Shown here one piece after another: positions 57,501 through 64,000 of a stretch of 64,000 bases of DNA. Origin of the DNA: an uncultured Holophagales bacterium (GTDB lineage Bacteria > Acidobacteriota > Thermoanaerobaculia > Multivoradales > UBA5704). The stretch covers positions 77,993-141,992 of the forward strand of contig CAVUHL010000003.1 of NCBI GenBank assembly GCA_963741305.1. Direction: 5' to 3'. Numbering within the stretch: the stretch's first letter is position 1; each line of letters begins with the position of its first letter. Made by a program: the position numbers and the translations under genes. Below the pieces are notes generated by a model. The model was not told the origin of the DNA. It did no database searches and saw only the letters and a program-made list of their open reading frames with translations.

Positions 57501-60500
57501 CTCTCTCCGCTTCGCCAAGCAGGGCAAGAGTCGAGAGCGGCGCCTCCGGCCGCGCCAGGGCATCGGCGAGAAGCGTCATCCATCCCCGGGCCAACCGGCC
57601 GGCTGTCGCCGAGGTGAAGAGGTCGGCGCTGGCGACCAACCGTCCGGAGACCTCTTCACCTTTCTCCTCCAGGTCGAGGAGGAGATCGACCTGCGCCGCG
57701 CCGTGGTCCTCCTCCCTCCAGGTCAGGGTCAGCCCGGGCGCCAGCTCCCGCGGGCCGGCGTTGCCGCGATAGGCGAAGAAGGCCTGGAAGAGCGGGTCCG
57801 CGCTGGATGCCTGTTGGGGCCGCAGCGACTCGGCCAGAGTATCGAGCGGCAGGTCCTGATGGGCAAAGACGCCGAGCGCCCGGGTGCGCACGGTGGCGAG
57901 CAGGTCGCTGAAGGCTGGATCGCCGGGGCGCTCGACCCGCAGCGGGAGGGCATTGGCGAAGTAGCCGATCATCCCCTCCAACTCGGGCCGGCCACGATGG
58001 GCGAAGACCGTACCGAGGACAAAGTCGTCCTGGCCAGTGATCCGGCGGAGCAGCGCCACCCAGGCGGCGAGGAGGACCATGTACCTCGTCGCCCCCTGCT
58101 GGCGAGCGAAGTCGCGCACCTCGCGTGAGATGGCGGGGGGGATGTCCAAACCCCGGCTCACCCCTCGCCAGCTCCGAACCGGCGGCCGCGCCTGGTCGGC
58201 CGGCAGCTCGAGGCCTGCCGGTGCCCCCGCGAGATGCTCCCGGAAGAAGGCGGCGTGGGGAGCCAGAACCTCCGCGCTCAGCTCGTCGCGCTCCCAGGCG
58301 GCGACATCCGCCGGCTGTACCGTAAGTGGCGGAAGCGGCGAGGGCCTTCCGTGCAGGAAAGCGAGGTAGAGCACTGCCAGCTCGCGCTCGAACACCTGGA
58401 TCGATGCGCCATCGGCGAAGACATGGTGGAAGGTGAGGAGCAGGTCGTGCTCGTTCTCCCCCGCTCGAAGCAGGCTGAGGCGCCAAAGAGCGCTCCGGTT
58501 GGGATCGAGCGGGCGCCGGGCCTCCTCCTGCGCCAGCCGTTCGCGCTCCGCGGACTGCCGGAGGAGGGGGAGCCCGGAGAGATCGACGAGCGGCAACCGC
58601 ACGGGCGAAGAGGGGGAGACGAGCTGGAGTGGCTCACCGTCCGGCCCGGGCTTAATCGTGGTCCGCAGGGCCTCGTGACGGGTGGCGATCTCCGTCAGGC
58701 AGCGTTCGAGGACGGCAGGTGCCAAGGGACCGTCCAGCCGCATCACCACCGGAATGTTGTTCACCGGCGTCCCCGGCACGAGCAGTTCGACAAACCAGAG
58801 CTGCCGCTGTGCCGAGGAGAGCGGCTCGCCCCCGGGATTCCGCGGCTGCGGCAGGATCGCTGCGCGGCGCGCGGGGCGCTCGGCGAGAGCCCGGTCGACT
58901 TGCTCCGCCAGGGCGGCGACGGTGCTCGCCTCGAAAACCACCGAGGGGGGCAGGTCGAGCTCGAGCGCCACCTGGATCCGCGCCTGAATCTGGGCGGCGA
59001 GCAGCGAATCGCCGCCCAGGTCGAGGAAGCCCTCGTCGATCCCCACCCGCCCGCGTCCGAGCACTTCCTCCCAGATCCCGGCCAGCAGCTCCTCGGTAGG
59101 ATTGCGCGGTGCTTGCACGTCCCCGGCGATACTTCCCATTGGGAGCGCGAGCTGGGCAAGGGCCTGGCGATCTACTTTGCGGTTGAGGGTCAAGGGAAGC
59201 GAGGGGAGCTCCACGAAGAGAGCCGGAACCATGTGCGCGGGCAGGCGAGAGCGGAGAAAGGCCCGCAGCTCGGCGCCGGAGGGCTTCCCCACGAAATAAG
59301 CCACCAGGCGCTTCCCGCCCGGTCCATCGTCCCGCGCCACCACCGCCGCCTCGCGCACCTCCGGGTGGGAGGCTAGGGCCACCTCGATCTCCCCAAGCTC
59401 GATGCGAAAGCCGCGTACCTTCACCTGGTGGTCGAGCCGGCCCAGGTATTCGATCCGACCGTCGGGCAGGGCGCGCCCGAGATCGCCGGTGCGGTAGAGC
59501 CTTTCCCCTGGCGAATCCGCCTCCGGGTCTGGCACGAAGCGCTCCGCCGTCAGATCGGGCCGGCCGAGGTACCCCCGGGCCAGGCCAGTACCGCCGAGGC
59601 AGATCTCGCCGTCGAGGAGACGGACCCGGGTGCCGGTGATCGGCTTCCCGATGGTCGGCTCGCTCCGGCTCCCGCGCTCCACAACCTCGAAGGTCGAGTA
59701 GGTCGTGTCCTCCGACGGACCATACAGGTTCAGCACTCTCTCGACGCCGGCTGTGTAGACAGCCTGGGCTAGGGAGCCTTTGAGCGGCTCGCCCGCCAGG
59801 TTCACCGTCCGCACTCCAGAAGGCAGGGCCCCGGCCCGCACCAGCTCGGCCATGGCCGATGGGACGGTATTGACCAGGGTGACCTCTCCGGCCGCCGGGA
59901 GATGGGGCAGCTCCAGGGCGTCTTCGGCGAGGACCACCCGGCCCCCGCAGGCCAGGGGCACGAACAGCTCGAAGACCGAGAGATCGAAGGAGATCGAGGT
60001 CGAGGCCAGGACTGCCGCCAGCTCCGCCGGGGTGAATACCGTTTGCGCCCAATGGACGAAGGCCACGGCGCTGCGGTGCTCGATCGCCACGGCCTTGGGG
60101 CGGCCGGTCGAGCCCGAGGTGTAAATCAGGTAGGCGAGATTGCCGGGGAGGGCGCGGATGGGTTCAGCCGCCGCCTCTTCCGTTACGCCGTCGATCACCA
60201 GCACCCGCGCATTGGAAGCGGGGAGGAGCCCGGCGAGGGCCGTCTCGGTGACCAGGACCGCGATGCCGGCGTCCTCCAGCATGAACCCCAGACGCTCCCG
60301 CGGATAGGTGGGATCGAGCGGCACGTAGGCACCGCCCGCCTCGAGGATGCCCAGAAGGGTCGTCACCAGCGCTGGTGACCGCGACAGGAAGACCCCGACC
60401 CGCACCTCCGGTCCGACCCCGAGCGCCGCCAGCCGCCGGGCCAGCCGGCCCGACCCGAGTCCGAGGTCGTGGTAGGTCAGGCGTCTGTCGCCGGCCACCA

Positions 60501-60597
60501 GGGCCACGGCCATCGGGGTACGCGCGGCCTGAGCGGCCACGAGCTCGTGCAGGCACGCCGCCACTGAGGCCTCCAGGCCCTCAGGCCGGCTGAGCAA
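48517..60597 (-). CDS. Non-ribosomal peptide synthetase, 4026 aa: A-T-C-A-T-C-A-T-C-T-C-TE
   Basis: Three A domains (LTYxEL, LKAGGAYVPLD, YTSGSTGRPK, GELxIGG, VKVRGFRIE). T domains (LGGDSL/LGGHSL/LGGYSL). Five C domains (HHxxxDG). C-terminal thioesterase GGWSLGG. Modules 1 and 3 are near-identical. Confidence 0.9.
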   Translation of the reverse strand: MLSRPEGLEASVAACLHELVAAQAARTPMAVALVAGDRRLTYHDLGLGSGRLARRLAALGVGPEVRVGVFLSRSPALVTTLLGILEAGGAYVPLDPTYPRERLGFMLEDAGIAVLVTETALAGLLPASNARVLVIDGVTEEAAAEPIRALPGNLAYLIYTSGSTGRPKAVAIEHRSAVAFVHWAQTVFTPAELAAVLASTSISFDLSVFELFVPLACGGRVVLAEDALELPHLPAAGEVTLVNTVPSAMAELVRAGALPSGVRTVNLAGEPLKGSLAQAVYTAGVERVLNLYGPSEDTTYSTFEVVERGSRSEPTIGKPITGTRVRLLDGEICLGGTGLARGYLGRPDLTAERFVPDPEADSPGERLYRTGDLGRALPDGRIEYLGRLDHQVKVRGFRIELGEIEVALASHPEVREAAVVARDDGPGGKRLVAYFVGKPSGAELRAFLRSRLPAHMVPALFVELPSLPLTLNRKVDRQALAQLALPMGSIAGDVQAPRNPTEELLAGIWEEVLGRGRVGIDEGFLDLGGDSLLAAQIQARIQVALELDLPPSVVFEASTVAALAEQVDRALAERPARRAAILPQPRNPGGEPLSSAQRQLWFVELLVPGTPVNNIPVVMRLDGPLAPAVLERCLTEIATRHEALRTTIKPGPDGEPLQLVSPSSPVRLPLVDLSGLPLLRQSAERERLAQEEARRPLDPNRSALWRLSLLRAGENEHDLLLTFHHVFADGASIQVFERELAVLYLAFLHGRPSPLPPLTVQPADVAAWERDELSAEVLAPHAAFFREHLAGAPAGLELPADQARPPVRSWRGVSRGLDIPPAISREVRDFARQQGATRYMVLLAAWVALLRRITGQDDFVLGTVFAHRGRPELEGMIGYFANALPLRVERPGDPAFSDLLATVRTRALGVFAHQDLPLDTLAESLRPQQASSADPLFQAFFAYRGNAGPRELAPGLTLTWREEDHGAAQVDLLLDLEEKGEEVSGRLVASADLFTSATAGRLARGWMTLLADALARPEAPLSTLALLGEAERALLVEWSRSPAPPVWEGSVPARIAAWAAATPEAIAVDFGTQELTYPELVDRARRLAGRLRSRGVGLDVRVGVYAERSPETVVGMLAVLMAGGAFLPLDPTHPAERLASTLEDSRVPVLLARSALAATLPTGEAELVPLETEGTAPVPLEEVDPEDLAYIIYTSGSTGRPKGVLIQHRGFLWAVDALAERSGVEPGSRVLQFASASFDASVWEIWSTLIRGATLVFARSEDLLPGQALLDTLLRRGITNVFLTPSALAAMPEGASRELSGLRGLVVGGEAFPPALVTRWAVERRLWNAYGPTEASICVSMARLGEDGQTPIGRPVADSRLLVLGPHGEILPQGVPGELHIGGRGLARGYLGRPDLTAGAFVPDFMGEEPGGRLYRTGDLARFRPDGQLEFLGRADRQVKVRGFRIEPGEVEAQIVEYPGVREAAVVPYEAAPQDLRLAAYVAGPDVPSVQELRAFLRSRLPEHMVPSFFAFLPALPLTPGGKVDRRALPPPAAEEPAIGRATLGTPAEELLGGIWGEILGRTEIGAGDDFFDLGGHSLLVGQVLARVRTVFGVELPVRAAFEARTLAALARRIEEERLADGPEPAPLAPAPRDRSLPLSFGQERLWFLHRLDPDSAVYNLPLAFRLTGPLDGRLLERSLDEVFRRHEVLRTTFAEGPDGDPLQIVAPFHAPGLPQADLSGLPPAAASAEADRQTALEARRPFDLVRGPVARAFLLRLGEQEHLLVFSCHHAAFDGWSVGVLRSELGALYGAFRAGRPSPLSELVVQYADLAVWQRYRLSEEFMEAQLSYWRQRLAGAPAALELPADRLRPPVQSFRGAILPLAFPAELANGLRVLARSEGSTLFMTALAAFSALLGRFTGQTDLVVGTPVANRREAGSEGLLGFFVNTLALRSDLAGDPPFRALAAQVRESALAAYAHQELPFERLVEELQPARDQSRSPLFQVMFALDPLQDGELAPGLDCELLRIDTGTSKFDLTLFLNEQGGDLAALLEYAADLFDAPTVARLGRSFITLLSGLAAEGTELPVSRMPLLGAGESWQILGEWHELLPPVPAVCIHDLVAAQAARTPDATALVAGRERLTYRELDLRAGELARRLAALGVGPEVRVGVCLSRSPALVVALLGILKAGGAYVPLDPNYPQERLGFMLEDADAAVLITEAALVSRLPTSQARVLLLDGKQEEEKEAEPIRALPGNLAYLIYTSGSTGRPKAVAIEHRSAVAFIHWAHGVFTPEELSSGLASTSISFDLSVFELFVPLARGGQVVLANNVLELPELPAAGEVIMVNSVPSAVSALLELVRALPERVRTVNLAGEPLKGSLAQALYSIGVERVRNLYGPSEDTTYSTFETVERGSRREPTIGRPIAGTWARLLDRHLELVPVGVPGEIYLGGAGLARGYLGRPELTAERFVPAPLEHGARLYRTGDLGRFLPDGRIEYMGRLDNQVKVRGFRIELGEIETALETHPQVHEAVVVARGEPGGDRFLAAYVVPAGQPAPTSGELAEHLRVRLAEFMVPSSFTLLDAMPLTPNGKIDRKALPAPESGPAALPAPLGPAAPLVELLSGIWAEVLGRDELPSPQDNFFELGGHSLLATRVASRLRAALGIEVPLRTLFAAPTVSALAAAISALGNRLAAALPPAPIEPAADRENLPLSFAQQRLWLLDRLEPGSPVYNLPFPHQILGPVAPACLERVLREVEHRHEVLRTTFAVDEETGEPRLNVAPPGGFSLPRIDLSALPSQAGEAEAGRLADEDAASPFDLASGPLFRARLLTLGAEEHHLLMTVHHVAGDGWSINLLLGELSALYQAYVAGRPSPLPEPVIQYAEFADWQRRWLDGPVLAGQLAYWRRQLAGAPAVLDLPADRPRPPVATSRGAHFLTSLPPGLTAEVRALSRRQGATLFMVLLSGFAALLERYTGETDILLGSPIAGRGRAETEGLIGFFVNTLVLRVDLDGAPSFGALIARVRETALAAYAHQDVPFERLVEELQPERSLARSPLFQVSFVLGVEETARELAPGVPLVPLTVENHTSKFDLTLGLDLRGDTLVADFEFRTDLFDRSTVERWADDFTRLLGLLAAHPEVPLPQIGLLSGIEHLKRGEEQVRLPRLLGEPEDGSSDSSQAPGGPPRSPLEELVAGLWAEALGRSTIGLHDHFFALGGYSLLAIRVLARLRAVTGVDLPLRAIFANPTAAALAAEIERSLRAQGAPPLPPITPAGTGSEAPAAAAQERLWYFHQLDRSGSVLNVPNPLRLSGPLQPAEFARSLSGIARRHDALRTTFFNGPEGLRQRIASPADVSLPLADLTALPAGPREEEARRLTEAEAREPFDLAMGPLWRARLIRLEKEEHRLLLTFHHIIVDGWSIDILERELGVPEPGEPALQYADFTVWQRRELTDERLAPQLDYWRRQLAGAPPVLDLPADRPRPPRPAFRGAARYLPLPQEVAAQTKELGRREGSTLFMTGLAAFAALAGRYTGRTDMVLGSPVANRHTPGTEGIFGFFVGVLPFRLDLSGDPTFRELLRRSREAALGAYAHPDVPFERLVEDLDLARDKSRTPLVQVMLSVRNGSGEPLRIGGLTAEPVEVHSATSQFDFTLGVVDLPQGLSLEAEYNTDLFTGTTVERMLAHLSRLLEAVAADPDVRLSALPAEIGPPKLVEARPVESSNKPPADDRGARLAARRAGLSAEERALLEQRLRARSGPKTDAPPPAAASLVSLQPAGSRPPFFCVHPAGGDVLAFQALSRHLGLDQPFHGLQSRGLGPGEMPFNSIEEMAARYRTEITAVTSGPYHIGGWSLGGAVAFELARQLAAEGREVALLAIVDSTPGPWPRPAEGHETEDDSDDTPWLLEIAHYLESLWGLDLGLTAENLRGLSSEDQALRLLSGLKDTPFGAKAGPESLRRLLAVFKTNVRAFRRYRPGPYPGKITLFLPAEGDFADDPTHGWGALSPLPVDIEIVPGNHVSALAEPHVGTLAERLRLSIDLSWDRSSTLETSPK

Positions 60598-63500
60598 CGG
60601 AGTCCTCGCGCAGTTCGCAAGCGGCCCTCTCCCGCTCGATCTGCTCCATCAGGAGATCCTCGACCGTCAGAGCGAGGTCGGCCACGGTGGTGTGCTCGAT
60701 CAGGTCGAGCAGGGGAACCTCGATGTCGAAGTCCCGCTGCAGCCGGCTCATCACCTGCGGCAGGAGCAGGGAGTGGCCGCCCAGCTCGAAGAAATCGTCG
60801 TTCGCCCCCACCCGGTCGACTCCGAGGACCTCGCACCAGATCGCCGCCACCCCCTCCTCGGCCGGCGAGGCAGGGGCCTCGTACTCGGCGGCTAGAGCCG
60901 GGCGGGAAGCGTCCGGGGCAGGCAGCGCCCGGCGGTCGACCTTGCCGCTGCCGTTGATCGGCAGGGCGGGGAGGGGCAGGTAGAGGGCGGGCACCATGTG
61001 CTCGGGGAGGTGCTCCTTGAGGAAGGAGCGCAGGTCGCCGACCTCGGTTGACCGGCCGGCATGGGGCACGACGTAGGCGACCAGGCGCAGATCGCCCGGC
61101 CGGTCCTCCCGCGCCAGGACCGCCACCTCGCGCAGCGCGGGATGTAGCGCCAGCGCGGCCTCGATCTCTCCCAGCTCCACCCGGAAGCCACGGATCTTCA
61201 CTTGGCGGTCGGTGCGTCCGAGGAACTCCAGATCTCCCGAAGGCAGCCAGCGCACCAAGTCGCCGGTGCGATAGAGCCGGGCACCGGCAACGCCAGCCTC
61301 CCCGGCCCAGGGATCGGGAAGGAAGCGCTCGGCGGTCAGGCCGGGCCGCCTCAGATAGCCGCGCGCCACGCCCGCTCCACCCAGGCAGAGCTCGCCGGGC
61401 ACGCCAACCGGCAACGGCTCCTGTTGCAGGTCGAGGACGTAGGCGCGGTAGCCCGCGAACGGCCGCCCGAGAGGCGCTTCGCGGAGGCCGTCGGAGGAGG
61501 CAAGCCAGGGCTCGAGGTCGCCGATCGTGGCTCCGATGGTGCACTCGGTCGGGCCGTAGGTGTTCCACAAGTGCACCCGGGTGCCGAGATGCCGGCGCCA
61601 AGCCTCCAACCGCTCCGGCAGGGGCCGCTCGCCGCCGATGATGACCCGCCGCAGGGCGGGGGGCCAGTCGACCCCATCCGTCAGGTCGGCCGCCAGCACG
61701 TGCCAGTAGGCGGTGGGGAGGGTGAGGAGGGTGATCCCCCGTTCCCGGCAGGCGGCTAGGAAGTCGGCGCTCGAACGCATCATCGCGTCGCTGCGCAGCA
61801 CCAGCGTGCCTCCCGTGGTCAGGACCGGGTAGATCTCCTCGGCGCTGTTGTCGAAGCTGATCGAGGCGAACTGCAGCACGCGGTCGGCGGGGCCGAAGCC
61901 GTACTCGACGAGATCTCCCGCGATGTAGCTCGCGAGCGAGCCGTGCGACACCATCACGCCCTTGGGCTTGCCCGTCGAGCCGGAGGTGTAGATCACGTAG
62001 GCGAGCCGCTCGAAGGTGGGATCGTCCGCCGGCGGGCTGTCAGGGCAGGCCGCGATCCGGTCGCGGTCCGCTTCCAGGCAGACGACGCCCACGCCGGACA
62101 GCACTTCCTCGCTGAAAGCGCCGAGCAGGCGCTGCTCGGTCACCAGGACCGGAGCTCCGGAGTCGGTCATGAGGAAGTCCAGGCGCTCGCGGGGGAGGGC
62201 AGGGTCCATCGGCACGTAGGCGCCGCCCGCCTTGAAGATGGCGAAGAGGGCGACGATCATCGCGGGCGAGCGCTCGAGGCTGAGGGCCACCGGCATCTCC
62301 GGCCTCACTCCCTGCCGGCGCAGATGGTGAGCGAGACGGTTGGCCCGGCGGTCGAGCTCCCCGTAGGTGATCTCGATCTCGCCGTCTTCCCCTGCCACCA
62401 GGGCCACGGCGTTGGGAGTCGCCTGGGCCTGCCGCGCGAAAGCGAGGTGGACCGGAAGCTCCGGAGTGACGGACTTCTCCGTCGACCAGGAGAGCACCTG
62501 CGCGGCCGCCTCCGGGGCGGCGAGCGGCAGCTCATCCAGAGTCCGTTCGGGTGCTAGGGCAATGCCGCCGAGCAGCACCTCGAGCTGGCCGAGCAGGCGC
62601 TCGATCGTCGCCTCCTCGAACAGCCGGGCGTTGTAGATCATGAAGGCCGAAATCCCTTGGTCTCCCGGTTCCAGGACCAGGCAGAGGTCGAAGATCTCCG
62701 TGGCCAATTGACTGCTGAGGCCGGTGCGCGAGGCACGCAGGGTCAGGCCGGAGAATTCCAACTGCGGTTCCGGCAGGTTCTGGACCTGGAACATCACCGA
62801 GAAGGGTTGCTGCCCGTGGCCCGGGTTCGTGGCCTGGAGCACGGTTTCGAGCGGCAGGTCCTGGTGGGCGTAGGCGCCGTTCGCCACCTCCCTCACCTGG
62901 GCCAGGAGCTCGCGGAACCCGCGGTCGCCGGATGCCTGCGTGCGCAGCACCAGGGTGTTGAGGAAGAAACCGATCAGCCCTTCGATCTCGCTGTGGGTGC
63001 GGTTGGCGATGGGGACGCCGACCAGCAGATCCTCCTCCCCGGTGTAGCGGTAGAGCAGGGTCTTCCAGGCGGCGAGGAGGAGCATGAAGAGGGTCGCTCC
63101 CTCGCGGTCGGCGAGCGTCTTGAGCTCTGCGGCGAGGGCGGCGGGCAGCATGCGGGTGACTCCGCCTGCAAGGAATCCCTGTCCGGCCGCCCGCGGACGG
63201 TCCGTGGGGAGGCGCAGGGGCGGCGGCGCTCCGGCGAGCTGCTCGCGCCAGTAGCCGAGCTCGCTTTCCAGCGTCTCTCCCTGGAGGTGCTCGCGCTGCC
63301 AGGCGGCGAAGTCGGCATACTGGATGGGCAGCGCGGGAAGGGGCGAGGGGCGGCCCTCCGCGAACGTTTGGTAAAGTGCGGCGATCTCGCGCACCAGCAC
63401 CACCCACGACCAGCCGTCGCCGATGGCGTGATGCATGTTGAACAGGCCCACGTGCTCCAGCGGCCCGGCGACGAGCAGGGTCGCGCGGAAGATCGGCCCG

Positions 63501-64000
63501 CGAGCCAGATCGAACGGGCGGTTGTGCGCCGCCGCTTCCAGGCGGGCCATTTCCGCTTGGCGCGCCGCGGCGGGCAGCCCCGCCAGATCGACCACGGGGA
63601 AGGGGAAGGGACCGGGCGGCAGGATGCGCTGCTGCGGGCTTCCCAGGTCGGCCGCGAACACGGTGCGCAGCGCTTCGTGGCGGCGCACGAGCTCGTCCAG
63701 GCAGCGGCTGAGGACCGGAATCGAGAGCGGGCCGCTCACTTCGACGCGGTTGAACAGGTTGTAGATCGGGGTCCCCGGGTCGAGCTGGTCGAGGAACCAC
63801 ATCCGCTCCTGGGAGAAGGAGAGCGGCGCGCGATCCGCGTCCCCGTCACGCCTCGGGATCCGCTGGCGGGGTTGCTCCTCAAAAGTACCCGCCCCGCTGC
63901 CGAGGACCTCTCTTACGACCGTGGCCGCCTGGGCCAGCGTGACCGCTCCGAGGAGCGGCTGGAGCGGCAGCTCGGCCTTGAAGGTGTCGCGCAGCCGCGA
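60581..64000 (-). CDS. NRPS (partial, continues beyond window): ...T-C-A-T
   Basis: C (MHHAIGDGWS), A (AGGAYVPMD, YTSGSTGKPKG) and T (FFELGGHSL) domains. The reading frame stays open to the window edge through a preceding T domain and C-domain start (LSFSQERMWFLDQL). Confidence 0.85.
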   Translation of the reverse strand, partial: SRLRDTFKAELPLQPLLGAVTLAQAATVVREVLGSGAGTFEEQPRQRIPRRDGDADRAPLSFSQERMWFLDQLDPGTPIYNLFNRVEVSGPLSIPVLSRCLDELVRRHEALRTVFAADLGSPQQRILPPGPFPFPVVDLAGLPAAARQAEMARLEAAAHNRPFDLARGPIFRATLLVAGPLEHVGLFNMHHAIGDGWSWVVLVREIAALYQTFAEGRPSPLPALPIQYADFAAWQREHLQGETLESELGYWREQLAGAPPPLRLPTDRPRAAGQGFLAGGVTRMLPAALAAELKTLADREGATLFMLLLAAWKTLLYRYTGEEDLLVGVPIANRTHSEIEGLIGFFLNTLVLRTQASGDRGFRELLAQVREVANGAYAHQDLPLETVLQATNPGHGQQPFSVMFQVQNLPEPQLEFSGLTLRASRTGLSSQLATEIFDLCLVLEPGDQGISAFMIYNARLFEEATIERLLGQLEVLLGGIALAPERTLDELPLAAPEAAAQVLSWSTEKSVTPELPVHLAFARQAQATPNAVALVAGEDGEIEITYGELDRRANRLAHHLRRQGVRPEMPVALSLERSPAMIVALFAIFKAGGAYVPMDPALPRERLDFLMTDSGAPVLVTEQRLLGAFSEEVLSGVGVVCLEADRDRIAACPDSPPADDPTFERLAYVIYTSGSTGKPKGVMVSHGSLASYIAGDLVEYGFGPADRVLQFASISFDNSAEEIYPVLTTGGTLVLRSDAMMRSSADFLAACRERGITLLTLPTAYWHVLAADLTDGVDWPPALRRVIIGGERPLPERLEAWRRHLGTRVHLWNTYGPTECTIGATIGDLEPWLASSDGLREAPLGRPFAGYRAYVLDLQQEPLPVGVPGELCLGGAGVARGYLRRPGLTAERFLPDPWAGEAGVAGARLYRTGDLVRWLPSGDLEFLGRTDRQVKIRGFRVELGEIEAALALHPALREVAVLAREDRPGDLRLVAYVVPHAGRSTEVGDLRSFLKEHLPEHMVPALYLPLPALPINGSGKVDRRALPAPDASRPALAAEYEAPASPAEEGVAAIWCEVLGVDRVGANDDFFELGGHSLLLPQVMSRLQRDFDIEVPLLDLIEHTTVADLALTVEDLLMEQIERERAACELREDSVAQPA

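Overview
This is a high-GC (about 65-70%) bacterial chromosomal window with two kinds of content.

The left and middle (1-40 kb) is an accessory, mobile-element-rich mosaic:
- A BBE-like FAD oxidase, then an IS3-family insertion sequence that has landed inside a 33-copy 21-bp minisatellite.
- Two paralogous cassettes, each a small RBS-preceded peptide gene (C-terminal DPNG) followed by a ~450-aa Cys-motif, TPR-like protein.
- Two tandem copies of an IS200/IS605-like HUH transposase gene, and REP-like palindromes.
- A duplicated sigma70-type promoter with a conserved ~65-nt leader in front of two unrelated genes.
- A DUF11-repeat secreted protein with an IPTL-CTERM-type sorting signal.
- Three nested direct copies of the 5' end of a serine-hydrolase (beta-lactamase-fold) gene. 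They flank an inserted CPBP/Abi-type protease gene and a 1337-aa STAND NTPase with ankyrin repeats, which is a candidate NLR-like defence protein.
- A sulfatase-TPR fusion, an Acidobacteria-style 994-aa TonB-dependent receptor, an OmpR-type two-component system, and a 21-bp palindromic tandem array.
- A low-GC four-gene overlapping operon: a MORC-like GHKL ATPase fused to a histidine kinase, a receiver-domain protein, an HNH nuclease and an N6-adenine DNA methyltransferase. This is a candidate undescribed restriction-modification or defence system with a signalling module.

The right part (40-64 kb) is an NRPS biosynthetic gene cluster on the minus strand:
- An FkbH/ACP/acyl-CoA dehydrogenase/3-hydroxyacyl-CoA dehydrogenase cassette (glyceryl- or hydroxymalonyl-ACP type), a P450, an MFS exporter and a PvdQ-like Ntn acylase.
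- A 4026-aa NRPS with the order A-T-C-A-T-C-A-T-C-T-C-TE, which includes an A-less module.
- The start of a further NRPS gene that runs off the window.

Many long ORFs on the opposite strand or in other frames are GC-driven artefacts and were ignored. All annotations come from motif recognition by eye; no searches were run.
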